Positions 47,606 through 61,573 are shown, counted from the first letter of the stretch. The stretch: DNA of 64,000 bases from Macrostomum lignano (GCA_002269645.1 NIVC01000886.1:248001-312000); one strand, 5' to 3'. A program made the numbers and translations. Notes: generated from the letters alone by a model not told the origin.

Positions 47606-48384
47606 AACCCAACAGTTCAACTATTGCAATTCAGCCTATGACTAATTATAATACCCCAATATTGGTTATCCCGAACCCGATTTGTGGGTTAATGATAATC
47701 AAGTTGAATTGATAATCTCCAATGAAATTCTCACTTAAAAATCGAAGATCGAGTTACTTATGTTAATATGTTGAAACAGTTTTCTCAATTAATCATGGCT
47801 CTGATGTCAAAGACAGCTCGATTTGTTGCAAAACTATTTGAATTGTTATTCGGTTTGCTGTTGAGAGCATGTAAATGTTATCTCCTGTCAATCATCAAAG
47901 CATATTCTAAATCGTTAGCTGCACGAAGTAAGTTGCTAATTTTAGATAGAAAAATAATAATTCCTACTTTCTACCCTACTTTTGATGGGCGTTAGTAGTG
48001 TAAAGTTTGATTGCTTTTCCTATTTTTGGTGTGAAATAAAATAAAAAGTTCAAAAACTTGCGCTTGAAGTTAAATTGAGTTGAGTTAAACTTGTCAACAA
48101 CTCAAGTTCATTTCAAATCGGTGTTCAATTCCCATTGTTTGATACGGCTCAACCGCCTGTCGGCTTTTCATTAAAATTATTACCAACTATAATAAATGGA
48201 AATGATCCTTCAAAACATAATGGCAACTGTGGTTTGCCAATTATGTCTTTTATTTATCTATATTGTTATGTGCAGACAGAAATTTCTTTTTTTGGTTTTC
48301 TAGTTTTTAGTCATTTTCAAAATCTTTTTTGTTACCCTTTTAAGAATCGAGTCGGAGTTGTAAAGTCAAATATTAAGTGTCTGT

Positions 48385-50090
48385 GAGGTCATAGCGATCA
48401 ACTGAAGTCAGCTATGGGTCATCATCAGGTGTCAATGAGGTCATAGTGATCAACTGAAGTCAGCTATGGGTCATCATCGGGTGTAAATGAGTTCATAGTG
48501 ATCAACTGAAGTCAGCTATGGGTCATCATCAGGTGTCAATGAGGTCATAGTGATCAACTGAAGTCAGCTATGGGTCATCATCGGGTGTAAATGAGGTCAT
48601 AGTGATCAACTGAAGTCAGCTATGGGTCATCATCGGGTGTCAATGAGGTCATAGTGATCAACTGAAGTCAACTATGGGTCATCATCGGGTGTAAATGAGG
48701 TCATAGTGATCAACTGAAGTCAACTATGGGTCATCATCGGTTGTCAATGAGGTCATAGTGATCAACTGAAGTCAGCTATGGGTCATCATCGGGTGTCAAT
48801 GAGGTCATAGTGATCAACTGAAGTCAGCTATGGGTCATCAACAGGTGTCAATGAGGTCATAGCGATCAACTGAAGTCAGCTATGGGTCATCAACAGGTGT
48901 CAATGAGGTCATAGCGATCAACTGAAGTCAGCTATGGGTCATCAACAGGTGTCAATGAGGTCATAGCGATCAACTGAAGTCAACTATGGGTCATCATCAG
49001 GTGTCAATGAGGTCATAGTGATCATCTGAAGTCAACTATGGGTCATCATCAGGTGTCAATGAGGTCATAGTGATCAACTGAAGTCAACAATGGGTCATCA
49101 TCAGGTGTCAATGAGGTCATAGCGATCAACTGAAGTCAACTATGGGTCATCATCGGGTGTCAATGAGGTCATAGTGATCAACTGAAGTCAGCTATGGGTC
49201 ATCAACAGGTGTCAATGAGGTCATAGCGATCAACTGAAGTCAGCTATGGGTCATCATCAGGTGTCAATGAGGTCATAGCCATCAACTGAAGTCAGCTATG
49301 GGTCATCATCAGGTGTCAATGAGGTCATAGCGATCAACTGAAGTCAGCTATGGGTCATCAACAGGTGTCAATGAGGTCATAGCGATCAACTGAAGTCAGC
49401 TATGGGTCATCAACAGGTGTCAATGAGGTCATAGCGATCAACTGAAGTCAGCTATGGGTCATCATCAGGTGTCAATGAGGTCATAGCCATCAACTGAAGT
49501 CAGCTATGGGTCATCAACAGGTGTCAATGAGGTCATAGCGATCAACTGAAATCAGCTATGGGTCATCATCAGGTGTCAATGAGGTCATAGCCATCAACTG
49601 AAGTCAACTATGGGTCATCATCAGGTGTCAATGAGGTCATAGTGATCATCTGAAGTCAACTATGGGTCATCATCAGGTGTCAATGAGGTCATAGTGATCA
49701 ACTGAAGTCAACAATGGGTCATCATCAGGTGTCAATGAGGTCATAGCGATCAACTGAAGTCAACTATGGGTCATCATCGGGTGTCAATGAGGTCATAGTG
49801 ATCAACTGAAGTCAGCTATGGGTCATCATCAGGTGTCAATGAGGTCATAGCGATTAACTGAAGTCTGCTATGGGTCATCATCAGGTGTCAATGAGGTCAT
49901 AGCGATCAACTGAAGTCAGCTATGGGTCATCATCAGGTGTCAATGAGGTCATAGCGATTAACTGAAGTCTGCTATGGGTCATCATCAGGTGTCAATGAGG
50001 TCATAGCGATCAACTGAAGTCAGCTATGGGTCATCATCAGGTGTCAATGAGGTCATAGCGATTAACTGAAGTCTGCTATGGGTCATCGTC
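48385..50090. repeat. 52-bp satellite (GAGGTCATAGTGATCAACTGAAGTCAGCTATGGGTCATCATCAGGTGTCAAT)
   Basis: About 33 copies. Confidence 0.97.
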
Positions 50091-51179
50091 TAGGTTTGAG
50101 GATGTTTGAGGTCATCAGGTCAACTGAGGTCAACAACAACAATAAGGATGAAGTGAAGTCAGCTAGTTGTCATACATGCATGTTACTGATGAGGTCAATT
50201 GATCCTACTGCGAAAGGATAAAACTGGAATTTCCACATACGCAGTCACATACACTGGCAGCCCCTTTTAGTTGCTAGAATAATATACATAAAGAATCCTC
50301 GCTAAATTTAGGATATTTATATTGTTTTTACAACTGCAGCTGCAGTGTGTCTATGAATATAACTGAACATTAGACAGGTGACCTTTTCATTTTGCGCGAG
50401 TGTGTGTGATATACTGGGGTATATCCACTAGTAATACTGGCCATGCCGACGCCTGGGCTGTGCGACTTTATTTTTGAATAATTGGCTCTGCTGCGCCTGC
50501 TTTTAGTGTAAATCATTAGACTGCTGTTCGCTTGTGTGCTTTTCTCCTCTCTTCTCTACTCTCTTCTCTCCTCTCCTCCCCTCTTTTCTTCTTTCTTCTC
50601 CTATATTCTCATCTCCTCTCTTCTCTCTTCTCTCTTCTCTTATCCTTTCCTCTTCTCTGTTCCGTAACTTCCCTACTATTTATCCATCTCGCTTATTTCC
50701 AAATCCCAAAAATATATAATCAATTTTCAAAAGCAAAATAAAAGCTTCGAGTACAAGTGCTTTTAATTTTTCAAGTACTCAGCCTCCGGTGTACATTTAA
50801 ATGCACGCTCGTACTTTAGTATTGTAAAAAGACTAAAAAACCTAAAGTTCGAGATGGCGATAAAAAATCTCAAACTTTTTTATCATACAGCACTGCACTG
50901 CCATGTGCTTCATGGAAAAGAGCAGTTTAAAACCCTGCAGTTCAGTGCTGGAGTTTAAAAGTCAATATAATATTAGTTCGTCCTATACCAGCAAACAAAC
51001 TACTGCATTTAACCATTTGTAAACAGCCTTGCAGTGCGCTGCGGTAATAGTCGCTCTTATCATTTAAAAAAAAATACTGCATGTTAACTTTTGAGCTCAG
51101 AAGCTCCTGGCAATAGCAGGGCAACTCAGACCCATTCTCATGGCTCTGTTATCATGGTCTAATCCCACTTCCTTGTCCA

Positions 51180-54100
51180 TGACCCCTCTACCATCTCTAT
51201 ATGATCCCTCTCTCCTATTTCTATGATCCCTCTGTCCAATCTCTATGATCCCTCTGTCCTATCTCTTTGATCCCTCTGTCTTATCTCTATGACCCCTCTC
51301 TCCCATCTCTATGACCTCTCTCTCCCATCTCTATGACCGCTCTCTCACATCTCTATGACCCCTCTCTCCTATCTCTATGACCCCTCTCTCCCATCTCTAT
51401 GACCCCTCTCTCACATCTCTATGACCCCTCTCTCCCATCTCTATGACCCCTCTCTCCCATCTCTATGACCCCTCTCTCCCATCTCTATGACCCCTCTCTC
51501 ACATCTCTATGACCCCTCTCTCACATCTCTATGACCCCTCTCTCACATCTCTATGACCCCTCTCTCCCATCTCTATGACCCCTCTCTCGCATCTCTATGA
51601 CTCCTCTCTCCCATCTCTATGACCCCTCTCTCACATCTCTATGACCCCTCTCTCACATCTCTATGACCCCTCTCTCCCATCTCTATGACCCCTCTCTCCC
51701 ATCTCTATGACCCCTCTCTCCCATCTCTATGACCCCTCTCTCCCATCTCTATGACCCCTCTCTCTCCCATCTCTATGACCCCTCTCTCCCATCTCTATGA
51801 CTCCTCTCTCCCATCTCTATGACCCCTCTCTCACATCTCTATGACCCCTCTCTCACATCTCTATGACCCCTCTCTCACATCTCTATGACCCCTCTCTCCC
51901 ATCTCTATGACCCCTCTCTCCCATCTCTATGACCCCTCTCTCACATCTCTATGACCCCTCTCTCCCATCTCTATGACTCCTCTCTCCCATCTCTATGACC
52001 CATCTCTCACGTCTCTATGACCCCTCTCTCCCATCTCTATGACCCCTCTCTCTCCCATCTCTATGACCCCTCTCTCCCATCTCTATGACCTCTCTCCCAT
52101 CTCTATGACCCCTCCCTCACATCTCTATGACCCCTCTCTCCCATCTCTATGACCCCTCTCTCCCATCTCTATGACCCCTCTCTCCCATCTCTATGACCCC
52201 TCTCTCACATCTCTATGACCCCTCTCTCACATCTCTATGACCCCTCTCTCACATCTCTATGACCCCTCTCTCCCATCTCTATGACCCCTCTCTCGCATCT
52301 CTATGACTCCTCTCTCCCATCTCTATGACCCCTCTCTCACATCTCTATGACCCCTCTCTCACATCTCTATGACCCCTCTCTCCCATCTCTATGACCCCTC
52401 TCTCCCATCTCTATGACCCCTCTCTCCCATCTCTATGACCCCTCTCTCCCATCTCTATGACCCCTCTCTCTCCCATCTCTATGACCCCTCTCTCCCATCT
52501 CTATGACTCCTCTCTCCCATCTCTATGACCCCTCTCTCCCATCTCTATGACCCCTCTCTCACATCTCTATGACCCCTCTCTCCCATCTCTATGACCCCTC
52601 TCTCACATCTCTATGACCCCTCTCTCCCATCTCTATGACCCCTCTCTCCCATCTCTATGACCCCTCTCTCCCATCTCTATGACCCCTCTCTCACATCTCT
52701 ACGACCCCTCTCTCTCCCATCTCTATGACCCCTCTCTCCCATCTCTATGACTCCTCTCTCCCATCTCTATGACCCCTCTCTCACATCTCTATGACCCCTC
52801 TCTCACATCTCTATGACCCCTCTCTCACATCTCTATGACCCCTCTCTCCCATCTCTATGACCCCTCTCTCCCATCTCTATGACCCCTCTCTCACATCTCT
52901 ACGACCCCTCTCTCTCCCATCTCTATGACTCCTCTCTCCCATTTCTATGACCCATCTCTCACATCTCTATGACCCATCTCTCACATCTCTATGACTCCTC
53001 TCTCACATCTCTATGACCCATCTCTCACATCTCTATGACCCCTCTCTCACATCTCTATGACCCCTCTCTCCCATCTCTATGACCCCTCTCTCTCCCATCT
53101 CTATGACCCCTCTCTCCCATCTCTATGACCTCTCTCCCATCTCTATGACCCCTCTCTCACATCTCTATGACCCCTCTCTCCCATCTCTATGACCCCTCTC
53201 TCACATCTCTATGACCCCTCTCTCACATCTCTATGACCCCTCTCTCACATCTCTATGACCCCTCTCTCCCATCTCTATGACCCCTCTCTCACATCTCTAT
53301 GACCCCTCTCTCCCATCTCTATGACCCCTCTCTCACATCTCTATGACCCCTCTCTCCCATCTCTATGACCCCTCTCTCACATCTCTATGACCCCTCTCTC
53401 ACATCTCTATGACCCCTCTCTCCCATCTCTATGACCCCTCTCTCCCATCTCTATGACCCCTCTCTCACATCTCTATGACCCCTCTCTCCCATCTCTATGA
53501 CCCCTCTCTCCCATCTCTATGACCCCTCTCTCACATCTCTATGACCCCTCTCTCCCATCTCTATGACCCCTCTCTCACATCTCTATGACCCCTCTCTCCC
53601 ATCTCTATGACCCCTCTCTCACATCTCTATGACCTCTCTCTCCCATTTCTATGACCCCTCTCTCACATCTCTATGACCCCTCTCTCCCATCTCTATGACT
53701 CCTCTCTCCCATCTCTATGACCCCTCTCTCTCCCATCTCTATGACCCCTCTCTCCCATCTCTATGACCCCTCTCTCCCGTCTCTATGACCCCTCTCTCCC
53801 ATCTCCATGACCCCTCTCTCACATCTCTATGACCCCTCTCTCCCATTTCTATGACCCCTCTCTCACATCTCTATGACCCCTCTCTCCCATCTCTATGACT
53901 CCTCTCTCACATCTCTATGAACCATCTCTCACATCTCTATGACCCCTCTCTCACATCTCTATGACCCCTCTCTCCCATCTCTATGACCCCTCTCTCTCCC
54001 ATCTCTATGACCCCTCTCTCCCATCTCTATGACCTCTCTCCCATCTCTATGACCCCTCTCTCACATCTCTATGACCCCTCTCTCCCATCTCTATGACCCA

Positions 54101-54450
54101 TCTCTCACATCTCTATGACCCCTCTCTCCAATCTCTATGACCCCTTTCTCTCCCATCTACATGACTCCTCTCTCCTATCTACATGACCCCTCTCTCACAT
54201 TTCTATGACCCCTCTCTCTCTCCCATCTCTATGATCCCTCTCTCTCCCATCTACATGACCCCTCTCTCACATTTCTATGACCCCTCTCTCTCTCCCATCT
54301 CTATGATCCCTCTCTCTCCCATCTACATGACTCCTCTCTCACATCTCTATGACCCCTCTCTCACTGCATCTTTATGAACCCTCTCTCACATCTCTATGAA
54401 CCCTCTTTCACATCTCTATGATCCCTCTCTCTACCATCTACATGATCCCT
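51180..54450. repeat. 22-bp pyrimidine-rich minisatellite (GACCCCTCTCTCCCATCTCTAT)
   Basis: About 145 copies, degenerate at both ends. Confidence 0.97.
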
Positions 54451-54667
54451 CTCCCACATCCAAATACTTCATGATCTCCATGATACTTTATGATCTTCAG
54501 TGGACAATCCATAGCTAACCAATCCTGTGCCACCAGTTCAAATCCCAACAAATTTATCGATAGATATCGACGTAGGAAGCACTAAAGAGCATCCACTGGT
54601 GCCACGCAGACTCCGTCATTTAAGTTCCACACTGGAACCGATCCTACTAGAACACGGTAGCACAATC

Positions 54668-54876
54668 ATGACAACAGAGCGCGGTAGAATCGCGGAAGCG
54701 GTGCTCCGTTCCGTGATCGCCAGACTGCTAATGATGCTTCACGGAGTGCTGTGCGTCTTCCAGACTAATCCGTTTCAAAAGAGCAGCTTGAACTTTGTGT
54801 TCGCTTTGCCTTTGGCTGTCCTGCCTGTTGAAGGCGTCATGACTTGGAAAGTGCTGCGTGGGAAGGAATGGAAGTG
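54668..54876 (+). CDS. TMEM26: TMEM26-like exon 1
   Basis: MTTERG...SVIARLLMMLHG...EGVMTWKVLRGKEWKW; GTGAGT donor (phase 2). Start codon inferred as the first in-frame ATG. Confidence 0.8.
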
Positions 54877-54949
54877 GTGAGTCAGGATCTGGGGTAAGAC
54901 ATGAGGGAGCTGGGTATAGGGAATGGGAGAGGGTGACCATGGGGGAGGG

Positions 54950-55742
54950 TAGACAAATCGGGGAGGGTAAAGAATCGGGGAAGGTAAAGAATCAGGGAGG
55001 GTAGAGAATCGGAGAGGGTGAAGAATCGGGGAGTTTAGAGAATCGGAGAGGGTAGAGAATCGGGGAGGGTAAATAATCCGGGAGGGTAGAGAATCGGGGA
55101 GGGTAAATAATCCGGGAGGGTAGAGAATCGGAGAGGGTAGAGAATCAGGGAGGGTAGAGAATCGGAGAGGGTGAAGAATCAGGGAGGGTAGAGAATCGGA
55201 GAGGGTAGATAATCAGGGAGGGTAGAGAATCGGAGAGGGTAGATAATCCGAGAGGGTAGAGAATCGGAGAGGGTAGAGAATCCGAGAGGGTAGAGAATCG
55301 GAGAGGGTAGAGAATCGGGGAGGGTAGAGAATCGGGGAGGGTAAATAATCCGGGAGGGTAGAGAATCGGAGAGGGTAGAGAATCAGGGAGGGTAGAGAAT
55401 CGAAGAGGGTGAAGAATCAGGGAGGGTAGAGAATCGGAGAGGGTGAAGAATCAAGGAGGGTAGAGAATCGGAGAGGGTAGATAATCAGGGAGGGTAGAGA
55501 ATCGGAGAGCGTGAAGAATCAGGGAGGGTAGAGAATCAGGGAGGGTAGAGAATCGGAGAGGGTAGATAATCCGAGAGGGTAGAGAATCGGGGAGGGTAAA
55601 GAATCGGGATGGTAGAGAATCGGGGAGGGTAAAGAATCGGGATGGTAGAGAATCGGGGAGGGTAGAGAATCGGGGAGGGTAAGGAATCGGGATGGTAGAG
55701 AATCGGGGAGGGTAGAGAATCGGGGAGGGTGGAGAATCAGTG
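54950..55742. repeat. 16-17 bp purine-rich minisatellite (GGAGGGTAGAGAATCG)
   Basis: About 48 copies in TMEM26 intron 1. Confidence 0.95.
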
Positions 55743-56244
55743 GTAGAAAAAGTAAAAGCAATTAGTCACAGTCAATGTCTAAGAATGCTATGGGTTTCAA
55801 GGCCTAACATACTTAGAGAATTAAAGAAGCCCACCACAACTCACTACTCCCTGGCAGATTTCCTAATCGACTTTCCATTTTCTAATTCAATTATGAAGAG
55901 TAGTATAAATTCTTTTTTTCTGAAAGTTTCCTGCATTAGCCAACACTGACAGTGAGAGAGGAGACAGAATCTGGAAGTTGAAACTTCTCGCTAGGGCTTA
56001 TCTGATACTGACATTATCAATATCCCGAATAAAGCTTTCTCTGCAGCCAACTATCCCAAAAACGAAAGGCAGGGAAGTTCTGCTTTCTCACGAACAGGAA
56101 ATTTGATGGCGTCAGCAATCGCGTGGAAAATCCATCTCGAATGGGATTTACAAACCTCTGGGCGAGTTTGGGGAGATGAAATTAATATCTGACTCGGATT
56201 TAATGTTAAGAGTGGACTTAGTGTAACTATCTATCTATATATCA

Positions 56245-56302
<58 letters not shown>

Positions 56303-56327
56303 CGTATCAATCTATCTACCTATCTAC

Positions 56328-56366
<39 letters not shown>

Positions 56367-56403
56367 CCTATCTAATCTATTTATCTATTTATCTATCTAT
56401 CTC

Positions 56404-56448
<45 letters not shown>

Positions 56449-56450
56449 TC

Positions 56451-56545
<95 letters not shown>

Positions 56546-56546
56546 C

Positions 56547-56606
<60 letters not shown>
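56245..56606. repeat. (TCTA)n microsatellite
   Basis: About 90 units ending 13 nt before the exon 2 acceptor. Confidence 0.97.
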
Positions 56607-56607
<1 letters not shown>

Positions 56608-56619
56608 CCCAACCCTCAG

Positions 56620-56797
56620 GGTGTGCCCATGTGTAATACTCTACCTGGTGGCAGTGATCCCCCCAGTCTGGATAGCGGAGTTCGACCTGGTGATAATCTA
56701 TCGCGTGCTCAACGGCTCCGAAGCCACGGACGCTTCGGAGGACGCAGCCTTCTTGATCGGCCACGGCCGACGAAATTTGTCGGCTCATCCGGAAAAG
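56620..56797 (+). CDS. TMEM26: TMEM26-like exon 2
   Basis: [20 protein letters not shown]; splice phases 2/0 consistent. Confidence 0.82.
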
Positions 56798-56959
56798 GTG
56801 TGTTCAGTGAGCTACTGTTAGTAGCGCTGTTGGGATGTTTTCAAAGTTTCATAGTGAGAGACGAAGAAACGGCAAGATTGTGTCTAATATTTCCATAGAT
56901 TTTTAAGCGCTCTGGTGTAAGACTAAGAAAATGAAGTTAAAGAAATTTGGGGTGACACT

Positions 56960-57350
56960 AAGATTTTGAGACACTGATATTTTTAGATACTGGGCTTTTG
57001 AAACACTGAGAGTTTGAGACACTGAAAGAGACTTAAGACACTGAGATAGAGTGACATTTGAGACACTGAGTGAGATTTTGAGACACTGAGTGAGATTTTG
57101 AGACACTGAGTGAGGTTTTGAGACACTGAGTAAGATTTTGAGACACTGAGTGAGATTTTGAGACACTGAGTGAGATTTTGAGACACTGAGTGAGATTTTG
57201 AGACACTGAGTGAGATTTTGAGACACTGAGTGAGATTTTGAGACACTGAGTGAGCTTTTGAGACACCGACTGAGATTTTGAGACAGTGAGTGAGATTTTG
57301 AGATACTGAGACAGAGTGAGACTTTGAGACAGTGAAACAAAGTGAGACTT
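56960..57350. repeat. 20-bp minisatellite (GAGACACTGAGTGAGATTTT)
   Basis: About 18 copies in TMEM26 intron 2. Confidence 0.9.
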
Positions 57351-57399
57351 TGAGTAAAGCTGATTTTCATCACAAACGTTTTACATGTATATTGCACAG

Positions 57400-57605
57400 T
57401 CCCTCCTGGGCATCGACACTGGGCTCAGCTTCAAAGAGGAGACCCGCATTCTGATGGAGGAGATCCTGCTGCTCGTGCTCATCATTGGCCGCTGGATTCT
57501 GCCCCGCCAGCAGATCTCCAAGGAGCAGAAGTCCGCCCTGCTCATTGGGTACATCGGCATGTCTGCTGACATTCTGGAGCTCTATGAATACTTCAAGGAT
57601 GACAG
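57400..57605 (+). CDS. TMEM26: TMEM26-like exon 3
   Basis: LLVLIIGRWILPR..ISKEQ.SALL..YIGMSADILE; splice phases 0/2. Confidence 0.88.
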
Positions 57606-57759
57606 GTAATAATAGAAAGCGGACTGGGGGAGATTGCAGAGCAGCTGGTATGCACACCTGGGTTCGAGTCTGGTCTCTATGTTTGAGCCCAAAAGGCACA
57701 CAGAGAGTGTACATTCCTGACGATTAGAAAGTCAGGGGACATGCCTAAGTACTTAGAGG

Positions 57760-58415
57760 GGGGCGCCAAAGCTACTGCAGAGAGGGGGCGCCAAAGCTAC
57801 TGCAGAGGGGGTTGGCGCCGAAGCTACTGCAGAGAGGGGGCGCAAAAGCTACTGCAGAGAGAGAAGCCAAAGCTACTGCAGAGGTGGGGGACTCCAAAGC
57901 TACTGCAGAGGGGGACGCCAAAGCTACTAAAGAGGGGGGCGCCAAAACTACTGCAGAGGGGGCGCAAAAGCTACTGCAGAGGGGGACGCCAAAGCTACTA
58001 AAGAGGGGGGGCGCCAAAGCTACTGCAGAGGTGGGGGGCGCAAAAGCTACTGTAGAGGGGGACGCCAAAGCTACTGCAGAGGGGGACGCCAAAGCTACTA
58101 AAGAGGGGGGGCGCCAAAGCTACTGCAGAGGGGGCGCCAAAGCTACTGCAGAAAGGGGCGCCAAAGCTACTGCAGAAAGGGGCGCCAAAGCTACTGCAGA
58201 GAGAGGGCGACAAAGCTACTGCAGAGAGGGGCGCCAAAGCTACTGCAGAAGGGGCGCCAAAGCTACTGCAGAAAGGGGCGCCAAAGCTACTGCAGAGGGG
58301 GGCGCCAAAGCTACTGCAGAGGGGGCGCAAAAGCTACTGCAGAGGGGGCGACAAAGCTACTGCAAATGGGGGCGCCAAAGCTACTGCAGAGAAGGGTGGA
58401 TCAAAGCTACTACAA
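57760..58415. repeat. 21-24 bp minisatellite (GGCGCCAAAGCTACTGCAGAGGG)
   Basis: About 29 copies in TMEM26 intron 3. Confidence 0.93.
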
Positions 58416-58459
58416 TGGTCAGCAGGGAATCGAACCCCTGTAAACCCACCAACCCACAG

Positions 58460-58880
58460 GCTGAAGACCAACCAGACCATCATCACCATCCTTCTATCCG
58501 TGTGGACCAGCGCCATGCTGCAGTTCGTTTTCGTCTTCACTGCCAGGCGGGTTGTCGGTGGAAATCCCAGCAGCTTCGGCAGCCTCCTGGTCAACACGGA
58601 CATGTGGGCCATTGTCTGCAACCTGCTGCTGCAGGACGCACTGTTTCTGGCTGTCCGATTCTACCTGCTGGTGAAGTACGCGATTGTGAGCGAGACTAGC
58701 GTGTTCTTTCTGGTGAAGAACAGCCTGCTAACTGTGCTCATCCTGCACCGGATTCACTCGCTCATTGTCGAATGGAGAATTGAACGGTGCCAGAATCGCC
58801 AGCTTCATCACCCGGAGGCTGGGGTTATATCTGCTCCTGGGAATGCAGATTCGAATGGACCGCCTGCGGTGCCAGTCTGA
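58460..58880 (+). CDS. TMEM26: TMEM26-like exon 4; spliced CDS 1014 nt, 337 aa
   Basis: WTSAMLQF...LLQDALFLAVRF...FFLVKN; exon lengths sum to a multiple of 3. Confidence 0.88.
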
Positions 58881-58979
58881 ATGGTGGTCTGGGAAATCAA
58901 AGAATGACTGAGTGATTGAGAATTGCACAGCTTGTGCTGATATTGCAGTTGCTTGGGAATTACTGCGGCTCTTTGATGC

Positions 58980-59760
58980 CCCTTCATTCCCTCTCTCTCT
59001 GTTCCTTAATTTCCTATCTTCTCTGTCCCTTCATTCCCTCTCTCTGTTCCTTCATTCCCTCTCTCTCTGTCCCTTCATTCCTCTCTCTGTCCCTCCATTG
59101 TTTCTCTCTCTGTTCCTTCATTCCCTCTCTCTCTGTCCCTTCATTCCCTCTCTCTCTGTCCCTTCATTCCCTCTCTCTCTGTCCCTTCATTCCCTCTCTC
59201 TCTGTCCCTTCATTCCCTCTCTCTCTGTCCCTTCATTCCCTCTCTCTGTTCCTTCATTCCCTCTCTCTCTGTCCCTTCATTCCTCTCTGTGTCCCTCCAT
59301 TGTTTCTCTCTCTGTTCCTTCATTCCCTCTCTCTCTTTCCCTTCATTCCCTCTCTCTGTTCCTTCATTCCCTCTCTCTCTGTCCCTTCATTCCTCTCTGT
59401 GTCCCTCCATTGTTTCTCTCTCTGTTCCTTCATTCCCTCTCTCTCTTTCCCTTCATTCCCTCTCTCTCTGTCCCTTCATTCCCTCTCTCTCTGTCCCTTC
59501 ATTCCCTCTCTCTCTGTCCCTTCATTCCCTCTCTCTCTGTCCCTTCATTCCCTCTCTCTCTGTTCCTTCATTCCCTCTCTCTCTCTCTGTCCCTTCATTC
59601 CCTCTCTCTCTCTGTCCCTTCATTCCCTCTCTCTCTGTCCCTTCATTCCCTCTCTCTCTGTTCCTTCATTCCCTCTCTCTCTCTGTCCCTTCATTCCCTC
59701 TCTCTCTGTCCCTTCATTCCCTCTCTCTCTGTCCCTTCATTCCCTCTCTCTCTGTCATTT
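58980..59760. repeat. CT-rich ~21-25 bp minisatellite (TTCATTCCCTCTCTCTCTGTCCC)
   Basis: About 35 copies. Confidence 0.95.
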
Positions 59761-60469
59761 CTTCATCTCAATCCCCCTTCATCTCCCATCAATTCCTCCG
59801 TTCATCTCTCTGCTTTTTACTTGACTTATTAAAGTCGTGGTTCTGTACTTATTTATACTTTAATCTTTTATACTTTTCTCGAAAAGACAATTTGCTCGTA
59901 AGATGCAGTAAGCGTGTTTCTCTTTTGTCTGTCCTACTCAAACTTTAATGTTTTTTCTTTAAAGAAAACCAGAAATAAAACTAAAACAATTTAAAACCGA
60001 AAGCATTGGATTTACAACGTCAAGGCGAATTCTTGGCACAGCTGTCAACACTTGCTGTATTGGGGTTGAAATTTCCCACTTTATTCCTCTGGATTTGCGG
60101 TGCATTGTTAGCTGGGATGGCAGCTGCATGCGCTGGGGGAGTCTTGGGGATCGGTTTTTTATTGCCTTCTGGACTCGGCACCTCTCGTTGGCGGCTCATA
60201 AAGCGCAGGCAAGCGTGCGGAGGTGGGGCTGCGGGGGTGCTTTTGGACTCCGGGGAGGAATCCAAGCCCAGAAATCCATCGCCGCGCATGGACTGCTAGA
60301 GTAATTATAGTTAGCATCTGGATTGGAAACATCTACTTCTGAATTGGAACTAATTGCTATTCATTTCAATGGGAATTAATATTATTAGCTAAACTGATAA
60401 GTCGATAAATAAACCCTACAAAGTGTAAAGAAAAAACACTGATAACATGGAAACCATGAGAACAATTTT

Positions 60470-60710
60470 TAACAAGAAAAAATCATTAAAAACAAAAATC
60501 GGGAAAAGATGAGAACAGCGATACTACAAAGTATGAGAACCATGAGAACAACTTTGAGAAACATGAGAACAACTATAAGAACCATGAGAACAACTATGAG
60601 AACCATTAGAACAGCTTTGAGAACCATGAGAAAAACATAACTGCATCGATCTATGTTACCCATGAGGACAAAATAAATTAAGAGAATTATGAGAACAAGA
60701 GAATCATGAA
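60470..60710. repeat. Degenerate repeat (GAGAACCATGAGAACAAC)
   Basis: About 8 loose copies. Confidence 0.6.
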
Positions 60711-61232
60711 CAGAACCAAATGCTCGAATCTGTTGTGTATTGAACAATGAAGTTAGTTACTATAGAATACAAAATATATGGCAAAATATATTAATTTCAT
60801 TAACAATTTTTTCCACAACTCTGCTTAATCCATCATGCCGATCCATATTCTGCAACTCTGGTTCGCCATGGCCCGCGGCCCGGCGGTCTTATAACAAGAA
60901 AGAAAAAATCAATTTCTATATTTTTCAATCCTCAATATTCAAGGGTCAACAAAAGCAACGGAAATTGAAGGAGTTGTAAAACTGCAAGATGACTGGGGTG
61001 GGGGCGTCAGGATCCACTTCTTTAGTGCGGGATTGAGTCTTCAACAGAAGAGGGGAGAAGGAAAATCTAAAGTTGTAAAATTCCTTCAACCTACCTGTAT
61101 TTGCTGGAGCGTTATTAACAAGCGCAAAATCTGTTACACACACAAGCCTCTCTCCATTTCTCCCATTTTTGCTGGGAAGATTTTCCCCGGGCGAAAGAAA
61201 GCAAAAATCTTCCAACAGATGTTCCCACGTTT

Positions 61233-61573
61233 TTTTTATTAGAGGCAGGGGGTTGTGTGCACCCTGGCGCAATTTAAGCGTCATTGGCACACAACCGGCG
61301 AGAGGCATTACTGCCCATTCCGCCGACTCCCCTGAGCAGGCGGATACGTTACGCAGGCACACACTCACACAGGAGTGTACAGCGGCCCTAACTTTATCAA
61401 TTGTTAGGCATGTACACTTCACTGCTCCTTGGGGGGTTGGTTCTCAAGGCCGTTAATTGCACAAGCGAGCCAAGCCGAGATTCCAATTCAGCCCCAAATT
61501 AATGTGACTGCACTTGGAATCGAGCCTGGGTCGCGGCACACCAGAGCAGCTGCGCTACCGCTGGGCTACGGCC
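61233..61573 (-). mobile_element. tRNA-derived SINE with A-rich tail and TSD
   Basis: A box TAGCCCAGCGG, B box GGCTCGATTCC, tail TAATAAAAAAAA; CCCACGTTT on both sides (61224-61232 and 61574-61582). Confidence 0.75.

Noticed and set aside
57812-59948. Long ORFs 57812-58699 and 58912-59948
   Set aside because: Minisatellite translations; the real coding part is the TMEM26 exon 58460-58880 in another frame.
60006-60304. GC-rich island with short ORFs on both strands
   Set aside because: Might be an exon of an unseen minus-strand gene, but no homology or partner exons were identified.
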